Assembly: GCF_030684315.1 (NCBI RefSeq)
Contig: NC_081366.1
Coordinates: 38,354,078 to 38,418,077, forward strand
DNA length: 64,000 bases
Origin: Stegostoma tigrinum
Taxonomy: Eukaryota
Direction of reading: 5' to 3'
Each line of letters opens with the position of its first letter. Within the stretch, counting starts at the first letter, position 1. The position numbers and the translations under genes were made by a program. The notes beneath the pieces were generated by a model, which was not told the origin of the DNA, did not search any database, and saw nothing but the letters and a program-made list of their open reading frames with translations. Below, in pieces: positions 1 to 12,600 of the stretch.

Positions 1-59
1 TCCTGGCTCAGAGGTACAGAAACTACTGCACAGCAACAGCAAGGTCCTGGGTCTAATCA

Positions 60-650
60 TCTTCAGCTGTTGTTTAAATTATGTTCCTTTATCATAGTAC
101 AGTCACACATCTGTGCAGCAATCACCGAGCCTCAGTTACTGAAACCGCGTGTCCATATGCGCCTGGACAGCATTCAGGCTAAAACTGTGAAGTGGCACAT
201 AACATCTATTCCACAAAGTACCAGGCAACGAAAACTTGCAATGACAGAGAATCTCACCCTCTTTCCTTGATTTTCTATGGCATTACCGTCATGGGGTTCT
301 TCATTATTAATATCCTTGGGGTTGTCACTGACCTGAACTAAACCAGCCATGTAAATATTATAATAAACAACAGGTCAGAGACTAGGAAATCTAGAGTGTG
401 TATTCATCTACTAACTCCCTATGCCCGGCCACCATCTACAAAGTCACTAGTCAGGAGTTTAACTGAATATTCTCCTATTGCCCGGATGAGTCCAGTCCCA
501 ACAATACTCAAGCAACTCAACCATCCAGAGAAAGAAAGCAATCTGCTTGATTGGTACCTCAGCTACCACATTCAACATTCACTCCCTTCACTACTTTACA
601 GTGGCAGCAGCTGCAAGATACACTGCAGTAACTCACAAAGGTTCTTCCAA
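60..650 (+). mobile_element. Decayed LINE fragment (CR1/L2-group, RT 3' region)
   Basis: Resembles other copies at ~19930-20410, ~30520-31050 and the minus-strand copy at 56340-57790; LDSIQA/KWHIT-like RT-thumb remnants. Boundaries approximate. Confidence 0.55.
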
Positions 651-1561
651 AACACATTAGATGGTCTCTTTCTATTCTGGATGATCTTAAAAGGCTAGTG
701 AAACACTAAACTATGCCAGAAAACAAACTAAATGCATGGTAGCTAATGACCTGAACAGTTGCTGACTGAATGCTGGCATTGCTTATTGAGCTAACTATTC
801 CTTAAATCATAGCTCATGTGAAAGCATCTGGAGAGCATTGCAACTGAGTGCAGCTGTTTCCTTATCCCAATTATGCAACAAGGTACAAGTGACCTAACTT
901 TTTTACATTTCCGTCAAATCAGGAGGGAACCACAATATTTTCCCACATAGCAGCTTGACGACATTAGTTAACTTAGTGGGAAACAAGTGGATCATTTGGT
1001 CAGCTTGGCTTATAAATGCCCTTATTCAGCAGATATCAGGGAAGCTCCATGACTGCTGAGTTAAGCCAAATCAGGTGAACTCAAACAGGAAATGTATCTT
1101 GGATCTTCTTGTTAGAATGGTATGGCAAGATTAGCACTTCTTAAAAAGTTGTGTTTCCTTGAGATTTTCTTGAAAAAGGCAAAAAAAGCTACTTTATAAA
1201 CATTAAAATGGTTGTCTCTTGTACTTGTAAACATGGCAATTCATGCAAATTTATTGCTTAAATTGAACTCAAGGAGTCATTTAGGAAACCAGTAGTGTAT
1301 TCAGTATTTAAATCAAAACTGAACCTATCCCTACTTTCTCATCTAAATTAGCCTTTCAGATGTTCAGATAGTCAGTGCCTTGTCCTCCTTTTAGCCCAGG
1401 GCTGAAGAGGACAATTGTCCTGCTTGAATGGAAACCAAAAGTAAAATCTAATGATAGTTATGATGAAAAGTACACTTCAAAATTTGTCAAGTCAAATAAA
1501 ACATGTAGTTCTTAGATTGAAAACAACATGTTAGTTGATGTAAAAAAAGAATTCACCATGA

Positions 1562-4500
1562 GGTCAGGGCAGTCGAATGTTCCTCCTGCAGAATGTGGGA
1601 GGTAAGGGTCACCACTAGTGTCTCTACTGACTAGATCTGCGGGAAGTGCACCCAACTTCAGCTTCTCAAAAACCGCGTTACAGAACTGGAGTTGGAGCTG
1701 GATGAACTACGGATCATTCGGGAGGCATAGGGGGTTATTGAGAGGAGTTACAGGGAGGTAGTCACTCCTCAGGTACAAGAAAAAAAGCAGATGGGTTACG
1801 GTCAGGGGACGGAAAGGGAACCGGCAGGCAGTGCAGGGTTCCCCTGTGGCCATTCCCCTCAACAATAAGTATACCATTTTGGATACTGTGGGGGGAAGAG
1901 ATGACTTACAAGGGGAAAGCAGTGGGGCACAGGTCTCTGGCACAGAGTCTGTCCCTGCTGCTCAGAAGGGAAAGGGGGAAAAAGACGAGCAGAGCAGTAG
2001 TCACTGAGGACTCCATAGTTAGGGGGACAGATAGGAGGTTCTGTGGGGACGAGTGAGACTCACAGTTAGTGTGGTGCCTCCCAGGTGCCAGGGTGTGTGA
2101 TGTCTCTGATCGTGTTTTTGGGATCCTTAAGGGAGAGGGGGAGCAGCCCCAAGTCGTGGTCCACGTTGGCACCAACGACATAGGTAGGAAGAGAGATGGG
2201 GATTTAAGGCAGAAATTCAGGAAGCTAGGATGGAAGCTTAGAGCGAGGACGAACAGTTGTTGTCTCTGGTTTGCTGCCCGTGCCACGTGCTAGTGAGGCG
2301 AGGAATAGGGAGTGAGAGGAGTTGAATACGTGGCTACAAGGATGGTGCAGGAGGGTGGGTTTTGGATTCGTGGATAATTGGGGGTCTTTCTGGGGTAGGT
2401 GGGACCTCTACAAGCAGGATGGTCTTCACCTGAACCAGAGCGGTACCGATATCCTGGGGGGGAAATTTGCTAAGGCTATTCGGGTGGGTTTAAACTAATT
2501 CAGCAGGGGGATGGGAACCAAAATTGTAGTTGGGAGTATAGAAAAGGTTGAGAGTAGGAAGGTCCGAAATAAAGTTTCAGGGACGCAAGATGGCATCGGC
2601 AAGCAAGAAGTTGGTTTGAAGTGTGTCTACTTCAACGCCAGCAGCGTCCGGAATAAGGTGGGTGAACTTGCAGCATGGGTTAGTACCTGGGACTTCGATG
2701 TTGTAGCCATTTCGGAGACATGGCTAGAGCAGGGACAGGAATGGTTGTTGCAGGTTCCGGGATTTAGATGTTTCAGTAAGAACAGAGAAGATGGTAAAAA
2801 GCGGGGGGGAGGTGTGGCATTGCTGGTCAAGGACAGTATTACAGTTGCAGAAAAGAGGTTTCGGGACTCAAAAAACTGAGGTAGTATGGGCTGAGGTTAG
2901 AAACAGGAAAGGAGAGGAGAGGTCACCCTGCTGAGAGTTTTCTATAGGCCTCTGAATAGTTCCAGGAGATGTAGAGGAAAGGATAGCAAAGATGATTCTC
3001 AATACGAGTGAGACAGACAAGGTAGTTGTCATGAGGGACTTCAACTTTCCAAATATTGACTGGGAACACTATAATTTGAGTACTATAGATGGGTCAGTTT
3101 TTGTCCATTGTGTGCAGGAGGGCTTCCTGACACAGTATGTAGATAGGCCAACAAGGGGCGAAGCCACATCAGATTTGGTACTGGGTAATGAGCCCGCCAG
3201 GTGTTAGATTTGGAAGTAGGTGAGCACTTTGGTGATAGCGATCACAATTTTGTTATGTTTACTTTAGTGATGGAAAAGGATAGGTGTATACCACTGGGCA
3301 AGAGTTATAGCTGGGGGGAAGGCAATTATGATGAGATTAACATAGAACATAACAGCACAGTACAGGCCCTTCGGCCCTCGATGTTGTGCCGACCTGCCAT
3401 ACCAATCTGAAGCCCATCCAACCTACGCTATTCCATGTACGTCCATATGCTTGTCCAATGATGACTTAAATGTACTTAAAGTTGGCAAATCCACTACCAT
3501 TGTAGGCAAAGCATTCCATATCCTTACTACTCCGAGTAAAGAAACTACCTCTGACATCTTAATAAGAAGGAACCAAAGTTCAAACTTTCAAAAATAGAAA
3601 AAAATTATGGTGCATTTTTATTCACTTCATTATTTTTGTGCAGCTAGGTAATATTTAGGGAGCATAGGATGGGGAAAGCAGCTGCAGGGGATGGGCACAT
3701 TAGAAATGTGGAGCCTATTCAAGGAAAAGTACCAGTGTGTCCTAGATAAGTATGTACCTGTCAGGCAGGGAGGAAGCTGTGGAGAGCGGGAGCCGTGGTT
3801 TACAAAGGAAGTGGAATCTCTGGTCAAGAAAAGAAGGCGGCTTATGTTAGGATGAGATGTGAAGGCTCAGTTAGGGCACTTGAGGGTTATGAGGTAGCCA
3901 GGAAAGACCTAAAGAGAGAGCTCAGAAGATCCAGGAGGAGACATGAGAAGTTGTTGGTGGATAGCATCAGGGTAAACCCTAAGGCTTTCTATAGGTATTT
4001 AAGGAATAAAAGAATGATGGAAGTAAGATTAGGGCCAATCAAGGATAGTAGTGGGAAGTGGTGTGTGGAGTCAGAGGAGATAGGGGAAGCACTAAATGAA
4101 TATTTTGACAGTATTCATTCTAGAAAACGACAATGCTGTCGAGGAGCATACTGAGATACAGGCTGCTAGACTAGGTGGGATTGAGGTTCACAAGGAAGAG
4201 GTATTAGAAATCCTACAGAGTGAGAAGATAGATAAGTCCCCTGGGCCAGATGGGATTTAACCCAGGATCCTCTGGGAAACCAGGGAGATTGCCAAGCCTT
4301 TGGCATTGATCTTTAACTCATCATTGTCTACAGGAATAGTGACAGACGACTGGAGGATAGCAAATGTGGTTCCCCTGTTCAAGAAGGGGAGTAGAGACAA
4401 CCCTGGTAATTATAGACCAGTGAGCCTTACATCAGTTGTTGGTAAAGTGTCGGAAAAGGTTATGAGATAGGATTTATAATAATCTAGAAAAGAATAAATT

Positions 4501-5620
4501 GGTTAGGGATAGTCAGCACGGTTTTGTGAAGGGTAGATTGTGACTCACAAACCTTACTGAGTTCTTTGAGGTGGTGACCAAACAGGTAGATGAGAGTAAA
4601 CCAGTTGATGTGGTATATATGGATTTCAGCAAGGCGTTCGATAAGGTTCCCCACAGTAGGCTATTGTACAAAATGCGGAGGAATGGGATTGTGGGAGATA
4701 TAGCAGTTTGGATCGGAAATTGGCTTGTTGAAAGAAGACAGAGGGTGGTGGTTGACGGGAAATGTTCATCCTGGAGACCAGTTACTAGTGGTGTACCGCA
4801 AGGGTCGGCATTGGGTCGACTGCTGTTCGTCATTTTTAGAAATGACCTGGATGAGGGCGTAGAAGGATGGGTTACAAAACTTGAAGACGGCACTAAGGTC
4901 GGTGGAGTTGTGGATAGTGATGAAGGATGCTGTAGGTTGCACAGAGACATAGATAAGCTGCAGAGCTGGGCTGAGAGGTGGCAAATGGAGTTTAACGCAG
5001 ACAAGTGTGAGGTGATGCACTTTGGTAGGAGTAACCGAAAGGCAAAGTACTGGGCTAATGGTAAGATTCTTGGTAGTGTAGATGAGCAGAGAGATCTCGG
5101 TGTCCTTGTACACAGATCCTTGAAAGTTGCCACCCAGGTTGACAGGGCCGTTAAGAAGGCATAGTGTTTTAGCTTTTATTAACAGAGGGATCGAGTTCCG
5201 GAGCCAAGAGGTTATGCTGCAACTGTACAAAACTCTGGTGCGGCCACACTTGGAGTATTGTGTACAGTTCTGGTCACCGCATTATAAGGAGGACGTGGAA
5301 GCTAGTGGTTAGATAGGGAGAGCCTTTTTCCTAGGATGGTGACGGTGAGCACGAGGGGGCATAGCTTTAAATTGAGGGGTGAAAGATATAGGACAGATGT
5401 CAGAGGTGGTTTCTTTACTCAGAGTAGTAAGGGTGTGGAACGCTTTGCCTGCAACAGCAGTGGATTCGCCACCTTTAAGTACATTTAAGTCATCATTGGA
5501 CAAGCACATTGGACATACATGGAATAGTGTAGGTTGGATGGGCTTCAGATCGGTACGACAGGTCGGCACAACAACAGAGGACCGAAGGGCCTGTACTGTG
5601 CTGTAATGTTCTATGTTCTA
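1562..5620 (+). mobile_element. Near-full-length, frameshifted CR1 LINE (ORF1 zinc finger/esterase + ORF2 APE endonuclease/RT) within RUFY1 intron 9, antisense to the gene
   Basis: ORF1 remnants CSSC..CGKC..LELELDEL and SGNH-esterase VVVHVGTNDIG. ORF2 remnants [70 protein letters not shown]1-type tail GTTCTATGTTCTA ends at 5620. Multiple stops and frameshifts. Confidence 0.95.
3339..3560 (-). mobile_element. 5'-truncated CR1 3' end nested in inverted orientation inside the large CR1
   Basis: AACATAGAACATAACAGCACAGTACAGGCCCTTCGG... is the reverse complement of the CR1 3' end at ~5395-5620. Confidence 0.9.
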
Positions 5621-6527
5621 AAAGATTGCTGCTGAGTATAATGCATTAAAGCTCCATGTTTTGGGACCTTACAGCCTAGAAGGAGATAAGCCTTTTGAGC
5701 TTGTACCAATACTTTGACAGAGTAATCATGCTTGGAACTACATTTTGTTCATAATCCTGCAAGATCCTCATAAAGTGCCACCGTAGAAATCTACAACACA
5801 GAAATAGGCCTGTGGCCTACTGCATTTGCAATCAAAAACCACCACCTAACTTGCTCTTATTACCTCAACAGCCTGACAACTTTGAAATTTTTATTTTTTT
5901 TTAAGAAGTTTGTGTAAAATTATTTACAAAAGACCTAAAGTTGACCCTGAATGAGTCAATAACAATTGGAGCAAGACAGCAAAAGAACAGGCATTATTTA
6001 GTCTTATCAAAATCTGGACTGACAACTTGTGTTCGGTCATCTCCTAACTATATTTGTTGCAAGGAGGACTTTTCCAACTTCTACTCACAAGTAGCCTCCA
6101 TCATTCTGGTAACATTGCAGTGCACCTCCTCTTAACCTTTTCCAGGAGTTTTATATCTTTCCTGAGAATGTGGTGCCTGAATTGTCCATAATACTGCAGC
6201 TGACACCTAATCAGGTTATTTATGAAATCAGAACAATTTATTTGACAATGCCTTTTAAAAACTGCAGATACAGATATCCACACACATCCGCCTACATCAC
6301 CAATCTTCTCTATTAACACAAAATTAACCAAGATGGTCAGATAGGATTTGCCTTTCTATAAAAAATCAACGCTACACCTGATTAACCCATACCAGATCAA
6401 ATTAATGTTTATTCGGTCTAAAGTGAAAATATAATTAAATGGCCTCAATTCTTTGTACAGCAGATAAAGGGTTACTGAAAGCCAGTTTAGCACATCTCAG
6501 AACACCGCAATAGCTCTTTTGACCAAC

Positions 6528-6629
6528 CTCTACTCGACGTTCACTTGTTTCAAGGATCGATGAATTTTCTTGCTTCAATTGATTCTGCTCCTCCTGAAGA
6601 GACTGAATTCGATCATTTGCTGCTGCAAG
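6528..6629 (-). CDS. RUFY1: RUFY1 exon 9 (102 bp) [34 protein letters not shown]
   Basis: ttttgcAG acceptor, GTtggt donor; coiled-coil sequence matching RUFY1. Confidence 0.9.
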
Positions 6630-9600
6630 CTGCAAAAATAATCAAAACAAGCACAGAATCAGACCATACACTTAAGATAGCATATTTTCAACATCAGAAA
6701 AAGACCAGTTCATTACTATTTACCTCTTCCATTAGTTTTGCATTAGTTTTTTCCAATGAATCCAGTTTTGTCTGTAGATCAGAAACTGTACCACTGTTTA
6801 AGAAACAAAAAAAAAAATCAGCTGTTGTTATTTTCAGTTGATGCAAGACATCAACATACCCAGACCAAGTCACGAGGTGAAATGCAAATGATTAGTTACT
6901 AACAGGTGACTGTTAGCGCACTGCAATGAAATTTCAAAAATGGTATTCAAATTTAATCTTTTCTTAAAAAAGTCTAGAGGGACCAGAGAGGACACTTGCT
7001 GAAATTAATACAAAATAAAAACTTGGTACAGCAAGCATGTAGTACAATAAAGATTTTTGATGGTTCACCTCAAGTGTCTGTTGAGTTCTTCCACGTAATG
7101 TTTCTGATCCAGGATATTAGTGAGTTCGGAGTCCCTGCAGGTCAATAAATAGTAAAATCAATAATAGACTGTTGATTTTTGAACACTCCTTTAGGCAATC
7201 TTGTCTTTCCTAGAGCATTCTGATTTTACAATGTGAACATTTTAAAATGGCTGCTGCAGAATTTTCCACTCTTTGCTCATTTTGCCAGTCTTTTGAATGG
7301 GTGGGGCTGCCATTTTTGGACCTGCCCAAAGCTCCAAAAAAAAACTTTTGATATTTCCAGAGTATGACCCGATTTTGCATCCTGTTTGGTCTCACATTGT
7401 GTTGAACCACTTGCACAAGTAGAAAGGTGGTCTTTTGTCTGCAAAGTCAAAAAGCTTTTCATTGCGAACTTCAAAAACAAGTGGAGAATGAGTTTTTTCA
7501 TTTTCCAACGCCTTGTATTGAAAAAGTCAGTCAGCACCAAATGCTATCGGCACTGCTGTGCTAGCTAAAGCTTTATGGCTAACCTTCCAATGAACAATGA
7601 TTTGACAGACTCTCCCTGGCCTTTGGGACTGCCGTCATACTCGCTTAAACATGGAGGTTCCAGCTGAGGCCCAAGTAAACATTGTGAGGACCACTTCTTC
7701 TAAATGTTCTTTATTTTTGGACTGTGAAGCAGAATAGCTACCACTTTTGTAATTATTTTATAGAATCATTTGCAGCCTGCAAAGCCAATGGAGCCAACAA
7801 GTGCCTGAGAAATGATGTTACAGTTCAGGGGATTTCAAAGCCAGACAAATTGTCTGCACTTGATGCAATTTTGCCCAGAGACACTGGCTTGATTGGCTTT
7901 TCCACTGACCAGTTTGTGCGATTGCAAGAATGCTCAACAACAGTAACTGGATTGGTTGATATCTAGTTGATGAGGTTGTGTTTAAGTAACAGAGCAGAGA
8001 CAGGTCTGAAGGGAAAGCATCAAGATAAAGCTCTCTCTCAATCCTGTTTATAAGATGGCCCAGGATAGCCAGATCCTGCAAGCTATTCTCACCCACTTTT
8101 TCCTCTAACTCCACTCTCTGCACACCCTGTCAAAGGAAAGGGGGGGGGGGGTGGGGGGGGGGGGGGGGGGGGGGGGCGGAGGACGGAAAATGTCTTCAAG
8201 GTTATTGAAAGGATCAATTCTCAACCAGTGACTGGAAGACAACATTTCTGACAACACAAGGTTGTTTGCACCAAAAGACTGAAAAAGGATTGAAGAAAAT
8301 GGGAAGATGTCAAGCTAAAATAACGAATGGAATCCTGTACTCCAGACTGGCACTATTGCCTGCTTTTCTTTTAAAAGCACTCAAAATCCATACCTTTGTT
8401 ATATCGGTTTGTATATGTGGGTACTTAAGAAAGGATAGTTTATGTGTTTTCATTAGTAATTCACATTTATCACCAGTTAAAGATAACTTGTTTGCAATAA
8501 ACACTTTTGTTTGATTAAGTACAGAAACCTGATGGCATATTTACTTTCAATCCAAGTTAGACAGTTAGGTAAAACTGGGTAATTTTGTGATAATCAAACA
8601 TGTTCACCTTTGTTACAACTCTGGCAAGAGCAGGGTTTGATTTCTAGCAAGTTATCCCAGTGGCCTGTAATAGCATTAAATGTTTTAGGATGTCTTCAAA
8701 AGCTACAGAGGATTCTTCTGCTTGTATCTGCCGAGGTCCTTCCTGCATACACGAATGCACTAACCTGTTTCTTGTGCTCCTTGGTATGCAAACCTAATGT
8801 TGTTCAATACCTCTGGAACTGTCTTTTCCATAACTCTTAACAGTGCTGTCTGTACCTTTGAAGTTCTCAAACTGCTGTGGAAGAAACAGCAGCTATTCAA
8901 CTGAGGTGGACATTGTGACTGATTCTCAGATTGCCTCTCACCACAATAATGGTCTTAATTTTTTTCTTTGAAGTTGTCCTTTGATTGGAACAAACAAAGT
9001 GATGGCATTGTTAAATTGAGATTGTTACCACTGCCACATTAGTTTATAGTTTGGTTCCCTTTTTGGATGCTCCTTTGGGTGAACTGTGGCCTGGTATATA
9101 TTAGGAAAGCTTCCCCTACCAGAGGATGGCTACACTCCGATTCTGGTAGGTTTCTACCAAACTCTATTCAGCTACACTATAATACATATGTAGGGATAGT
9201 ACATCTCTCTGGTGCTGCTTGTTCTTGCTCGCTTCTCAGACTCTAGCATACATCTACTGACGTCACTGTTACACCACAACACATTTGGAACACTGTCAAT
9301 TGACTCTCAGGTTTTGTTTTTGGGGTAGCAGAAAGGAAATCACAAAACTCTGCTCTTGTCCATCAAACCAGGTGTTCCTCATGACATATTGGCACAATCT
9401 TTTATGCAATCCTATCCTAGTAAAAAGCAACCACCACCTTCTCGAAGATAGGTGTGAAGTGGAGAAAAAGTAAAATATTTTAGTTACATTTAATAGTCCA
9501 TAGACCAGTCAACATAGAAATGGCTTGTTAATAAGGTGTGCTAGATCAAACATGGAATTAGAATTAGATTTCGTTGTCATGTGTATTCAAGCACAGGGAT

Positions 9601-12600
9601 ACAGGAGTACAGTGAAAAGTATACAATACTGCAATTCCTGATGCCATCTTAGGTAAAAACTTACCTTGGTACAATGTAACAAAATAAGGAAATATGGTTA
9701 AAAGTTTAACATTAAAATCCTTAACTCTAGATCTAGATTCTAGGTTGATTGGGGAAAAAGGTCAATGAAAACAGAAAAAACTAAAGTGAGCTAGTCAAGT
9801 CTGCATCGGTAAATGCCATTTTACAGCACAAAAGGAAATATCACTGTTGGAATAGCTCCTTCTCAAATTTGATTATTAATATGCACAGCTGTGGAGGTAC
9901 ACATGGGACAGCAATTTTATCACAATTTGAAAAATACAAATATCCACCATTTTAAAAATTTCCACGCCAGTGGATTTGACTACTCACTGTCTGCAGTCAG
10001 CATGATCCTGAGTTCCATCTTTAAGATACAGTGAAAAGTCAATCACCCCAACCTGAAAGTCAATTCGATACATCTATGAGAATGAACTTGCCTGAATGAA
10101 CTTGGTCTGAATCTAAAATATTTTAAATTTAGCCATAACTTTTAAAGTACTAATTTTGAAACAGAGGTATGTAGTCCGGGGGTCTGCACAAACAAAAATC
10201 TCTCCAGTCAGCAAGAGACAAAAACACAAAAAGGAATAAAAGGCTGGCCACCCATTTAATATGATGGCAGTTAACTTTTGTCTTACACAAACAGTAATAA
10301 ACTATTTGCAAAGCTTCTGAATACACTGCCCCTTTCAAAGCGATAGACGCATTGGTGTTATGGTTTTCAGCAATGAATCTCTTATTTACTTTTTTGGGGG
10401 AGGAAGGAGAGGAACTGCTGTGATCAGAGGCACAGTGAGCAACTGCCATTAAAGCATTCCCTGGCTGCTGTGTATTTCCATTAATTTCTGTATATATTAA
10501 GCTTATTGGAATTTTTTTAAAAAGTCATGGAAAAGCAGTCACTAGGATGTACTCATGCAAATTCCTTACATAATAATGTAACTGACAATGGGTTTAGACA
10601 GGTGTGTAAAATATTCTAGATGGTGTCACATACACCTAAGTACTCTGCAATAGAATTGTCAGAATAGAAATTGAGATTTCTAAACAACAAAATACTAACT
10701 AGCTTTAAACATATTGAACATGTAAAAAATTTGCTGTTAAAATTGATTTGACCAATAATTGGCTTTGGCTCACAGAGTCATACAGCACAGAATCAGACCT
10801 TTTGGTCCAAGCAGTCCATTCTGAACATTATCCCAAACTAACCTGGTCACACCTGCCTGCTCCTGGCCCATATCCTTCCAAACAGTTCCTATTCATGTAC
10901 TTATCAACATGTCTCCTAAAACGTAGTGGCACCCACAGCCACGACTTCTCTCAGGACCATACGACTATGCGCACACGCACAATACGTCATTTCTAAAATC
11001 CCACTCCTCTCACTAAATAAAACGCCCCCTAGTCTTGAAGTCCTCCATCCCAGGGAAAAAACAACCATTAACCCCATCCATATCCCTCATTACTTTATCA
11101 ATTTCTGTCAGGTCACTTCTCAATCTCCTACATTCCACTGAAAGAGTCCCAGCCTATCCAGCCTTTCTTTGTAATGTAAACCTTCCATACCTGACAACAT
11201 CCTGGTAAGTCTCTTCTGAACTCTCTCCAGCTTAAATAATTATTTTACATAACGGACAACCAGAACTGAACACAGTATTCCAGAAGAAACCTCACCAGTG
11301 TTGTTATGTACAACCTCAATGACTTCCCTATACTCAAAAGGGCTGAGCAATGAAGGCAAGCCTGCCAATTGTCTTTTTAACCACCCTGCCTACATCTGAT
11401 GGAAACTTCAAAAAGAATTATGTACCTGAACCCCTAGATCCCTCTGTTCTACAACACTACCCAAGGCCGTACCATTAAATTGTATAAGTCCTACCCTGCT
11501 TTGTTGTACCAAAATGCAACACCCCACAGATTGAAGTCCATCTGCCATTTTTCAGCCCATTGACCCAATTGATCTTCTTTGTAATCTTAGAAAACTTTCA
11601 TTTTCTACTAAGTCACCAATTTTGGCGTTGTCTGTAAACTTACTAACCATGCCTTCATATTCTCATCCAAATCATTTATACAGTATAAATTACAAAAGAA
11701 AGAGGATCCAGAACCAATTCCCGTGGAATCAGGGAATTATAGAATCCCTACAGTGCAGAAACAGGCCATTCAGCTCAACAAGTCCTCACCTAGCATCCCA
11801 CCCAGGCTCCTCCACCCCCCCCCCCCCCCCCCCCCACCACAACACCTGTAACCCTGCATTTCCCATGGCTAACTCACCTAACTCTCACATCCCTGGACAC
11901 AATAGACAATTTAACATGGCCAAAGATTATCAGCTAGTTTTTCCTTAGGATATTTACAGTTAGGTGTTAGTCATTCTCCGTATGTTCATTTGAAAGAAAT
12001 ATAAATTTAACACAAAATTAAAACATTTAAATGAATCTCAGTCTTAAAACATTTAACTAATACTAGCAAAACTGTGTAGATGTTGAAAATCCGAAAACAG
12101 AAAATGCTGAAATTCTCAGTGGCTCTAGCAACGTTTGAAAAGATTTCCCCATGGACCGTAAAAGGTGTTAACATTAAATCAATCTCTCAGTGGAGCTCAT
12201 GGAGCATGAGGTCTCTTGGTAGTAGGCAATGGCCTGCCCGACTGGAATTCATCACCTAATTCATCCATCACCCTTTGTAAAGGAGGCCCGAATGGTGATA
12301 TTCATGTCAGGTATCCTTGGGAAGGGAGTGTGCTGTCCATCAATGCTCTAGATGCCTTCAGGGAGAGCTAGGCACCCTGGGGGATACAGTGCTTTATTTC
12401 CCCCACCAACTCCATTTTGAATTAGCCCCTTCCGTCTCCAACTTCCCCTCACTTTTGATAGTTTGTATTGCCCATAATGAGCTTTGCTTGCAAATATTAA
12501 ATTGGTTACACTGGTGATTACTGGTCATAGATAGTAGTCTTAAAACATGAACACAAAAACTGTCACAGTGATTTTGGTGGGGAGAAGGTTACTCAGGAGT

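Noticed and set aside
4513-5230. 206-aa and 154-aa minus-strand ORFs
   Set aside because: Antisense shadows of the CR1 reverse transcriptase.
1-6527. RUFY1 exon 10 and later exons
   Set aside because: No sequence resembling the expected ELETYKQTRQGLDEMY exon was found; it presumably lies left of the window.
8140-8176. Poly-G tract as a functional G-quadruplex
   Set aside because: The G-rich strand is antisense to RUFY1 mRNA, homopolymer length is error-prone, and there is no other support.
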